Positions 62,999-64,000 of a DNA stretch of 64,000 nt are shown here, piece after piece. The notes under the pieces are model-generated. The model did not search any database. It was not told the DNA's origin and saw only the letters and a program-made list of their open reading frames with translations. The stretch lies in the NCBI RefSeq assembly GCF_963921235.1, contig NC_086108.1:98024001-98088000 (forward strand), in the 5' to 3' direction. The stretch is from Mobula hypostoma (Eukaryota). Position 1 is the first letter of the stretch, and the number at the start of each line of letters is the position of its first letter. A program made the position numbers and the translations under genes.

Positions 62999-63167
62999 CA
63001 GCCGCTTTGAGTATTTTTTCAGCAGCTGCCAGTTTCTGTTTCTTTATTGCAGCTTTGTTGATTTGTATCCCTTTCCTTTTCATGCCTCGTCCAAAATTTG
63101 ACGCAAACCCACCTCTGTTGTATGATTGATTATTCCCAGATCTTGAGTACATATCTACATCTGACAG
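62999..63167 (-). CDS. ZNF326: ZNF326 internal coding exon (LSDVDMYSRSGNNQSYNRGGF...GMKRKGIQINKAAIKKQKLAAAEKILKAA)
   Basis: Acceptor ttacag| at 63168 (alternative cag at 63161) and donor G|gtaagt at 62998. The GMKRK..IKKxKL segment resembles the ZNF326 NLS region as I recall it. Ends in phase 1. Confidence 0.8.
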
Positions 63168-64000
63168 CTGTAATGTATTTTAAAAGCAAGTATAAATTGT
63201 TACTACATTGGTCTCTAAAATATCTAGATTTTCTTCTACCTGCATCGTTAGGGCTTAATGTCAAAGCCCAAATCTAAAGTTAATATTCAAAAAGTTTCAG
63301 GCCACACACCGACAAACCTCATCTCACAGTAACGAAGTCAATGGGTTAATTTTTGCCTAATTTTTATAAATCAAATTTAGAACTGTTTACTACCAATTGT
63401 CTGGGATTCACCTACCTTCCCTGAACTGCAGAAGATCCAAGTCCTCATTTATTTTTGGAAAATCGCAGGCTCCTGCATCCCATACTTAAACTATTATGGA
63501 ATAAATACTGTTTTCTTCCATCTCCATGCTACACAATTACAACACTGATGTCTTAATTCGGTGAGCTGGTTTAAAATTTGCCAACCCAAAATTGGGACAA
63601 AAGACCATTTCACTGATTTTGAAATGAAAGATTCGAAGGCACTCCCCTTGTTCTACCATATTCTTCAATGCCTCTGAATCACTACAGAACTGGTGGTTAT
63701 TTTAATAAGTAATGAAGGCAACAACAGCTGCAATGGCTCCTGATCCATCAATTCCAAACAACAAAGCCGAGGAAAAATTGTGGGAATTTTAAAAAAGGAT
63801 GCACTTGAGATGTACCTCTGTATTTAAAGTCATCTGCATTCAAGAATTGTGCTTTTATCCCTAGAACAATTTTGAAGCAATGAAGAGAATCTGCAAAACT
63901 AATGCAGAAGTATTATCTTAATAAATTTTCCAAAAAAAGGAAAATTTCTACTGCACAATAAATATGAGCTTTTTTTGTATTGCAGCATTTGGACGATGCT

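Noticed and set aside
62919..63152. Stand-alone 77-aa small gene
   Set aside because: It is an internal ZNF326 exon reading through its donor site into the intron.
45197..63167. AKAP8/AKAP8L as the identity of the host gene
   Set aside because: They share the finger type, but EARREKQRRRREKN.EKYG, KVETV.C and SVQQHLKS match ZNF326 as I recall it; reciprocal BLAST would confirm.

Overview
Eukaryotic, repeat-dense vertebrate DNA. The repeat set (CR1/HER1-type LINEs, V-domain tRNA SINEs, Rex1/Babar-like and RTE LINE ends, Penelope-like elements) suggests a cartilaginous fish; this is an inference. The only host gene I can support is the 3' part of ZNF326 on the minus strand. I reconstructed nine coding exons by hand (63167 down to the stop at 45197), all GT-AG and phase-consistent, including both AKAP95-type zinc fingers. 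The 5' exons lie beyond the right edge of the window. Most of the rest is nested, decayed transposons: a full-length CR1 interrupted by a second CR1, solo LTRs with 5-bp TSDs, a Tc1 remnant and an RTE. The most interesting signal is a family of Penelope-like (GIY-YIG) terminal repeats carrying a minimal hammerhead-ribozyme motif (CTGACGA...GAAA). It occurs more than 10 times, often as short TSD-flanked units or inverted pairs. Other points are two apparently lineage-specific ZNF326 exons, a CAG/polyQ tail, and unique islands that may be BARHL2-block enhancers. Nearly all entries in the ORF track are TE fragments or antisense shadows. All identifications are by eye and from recalled motifs; no searches were run.
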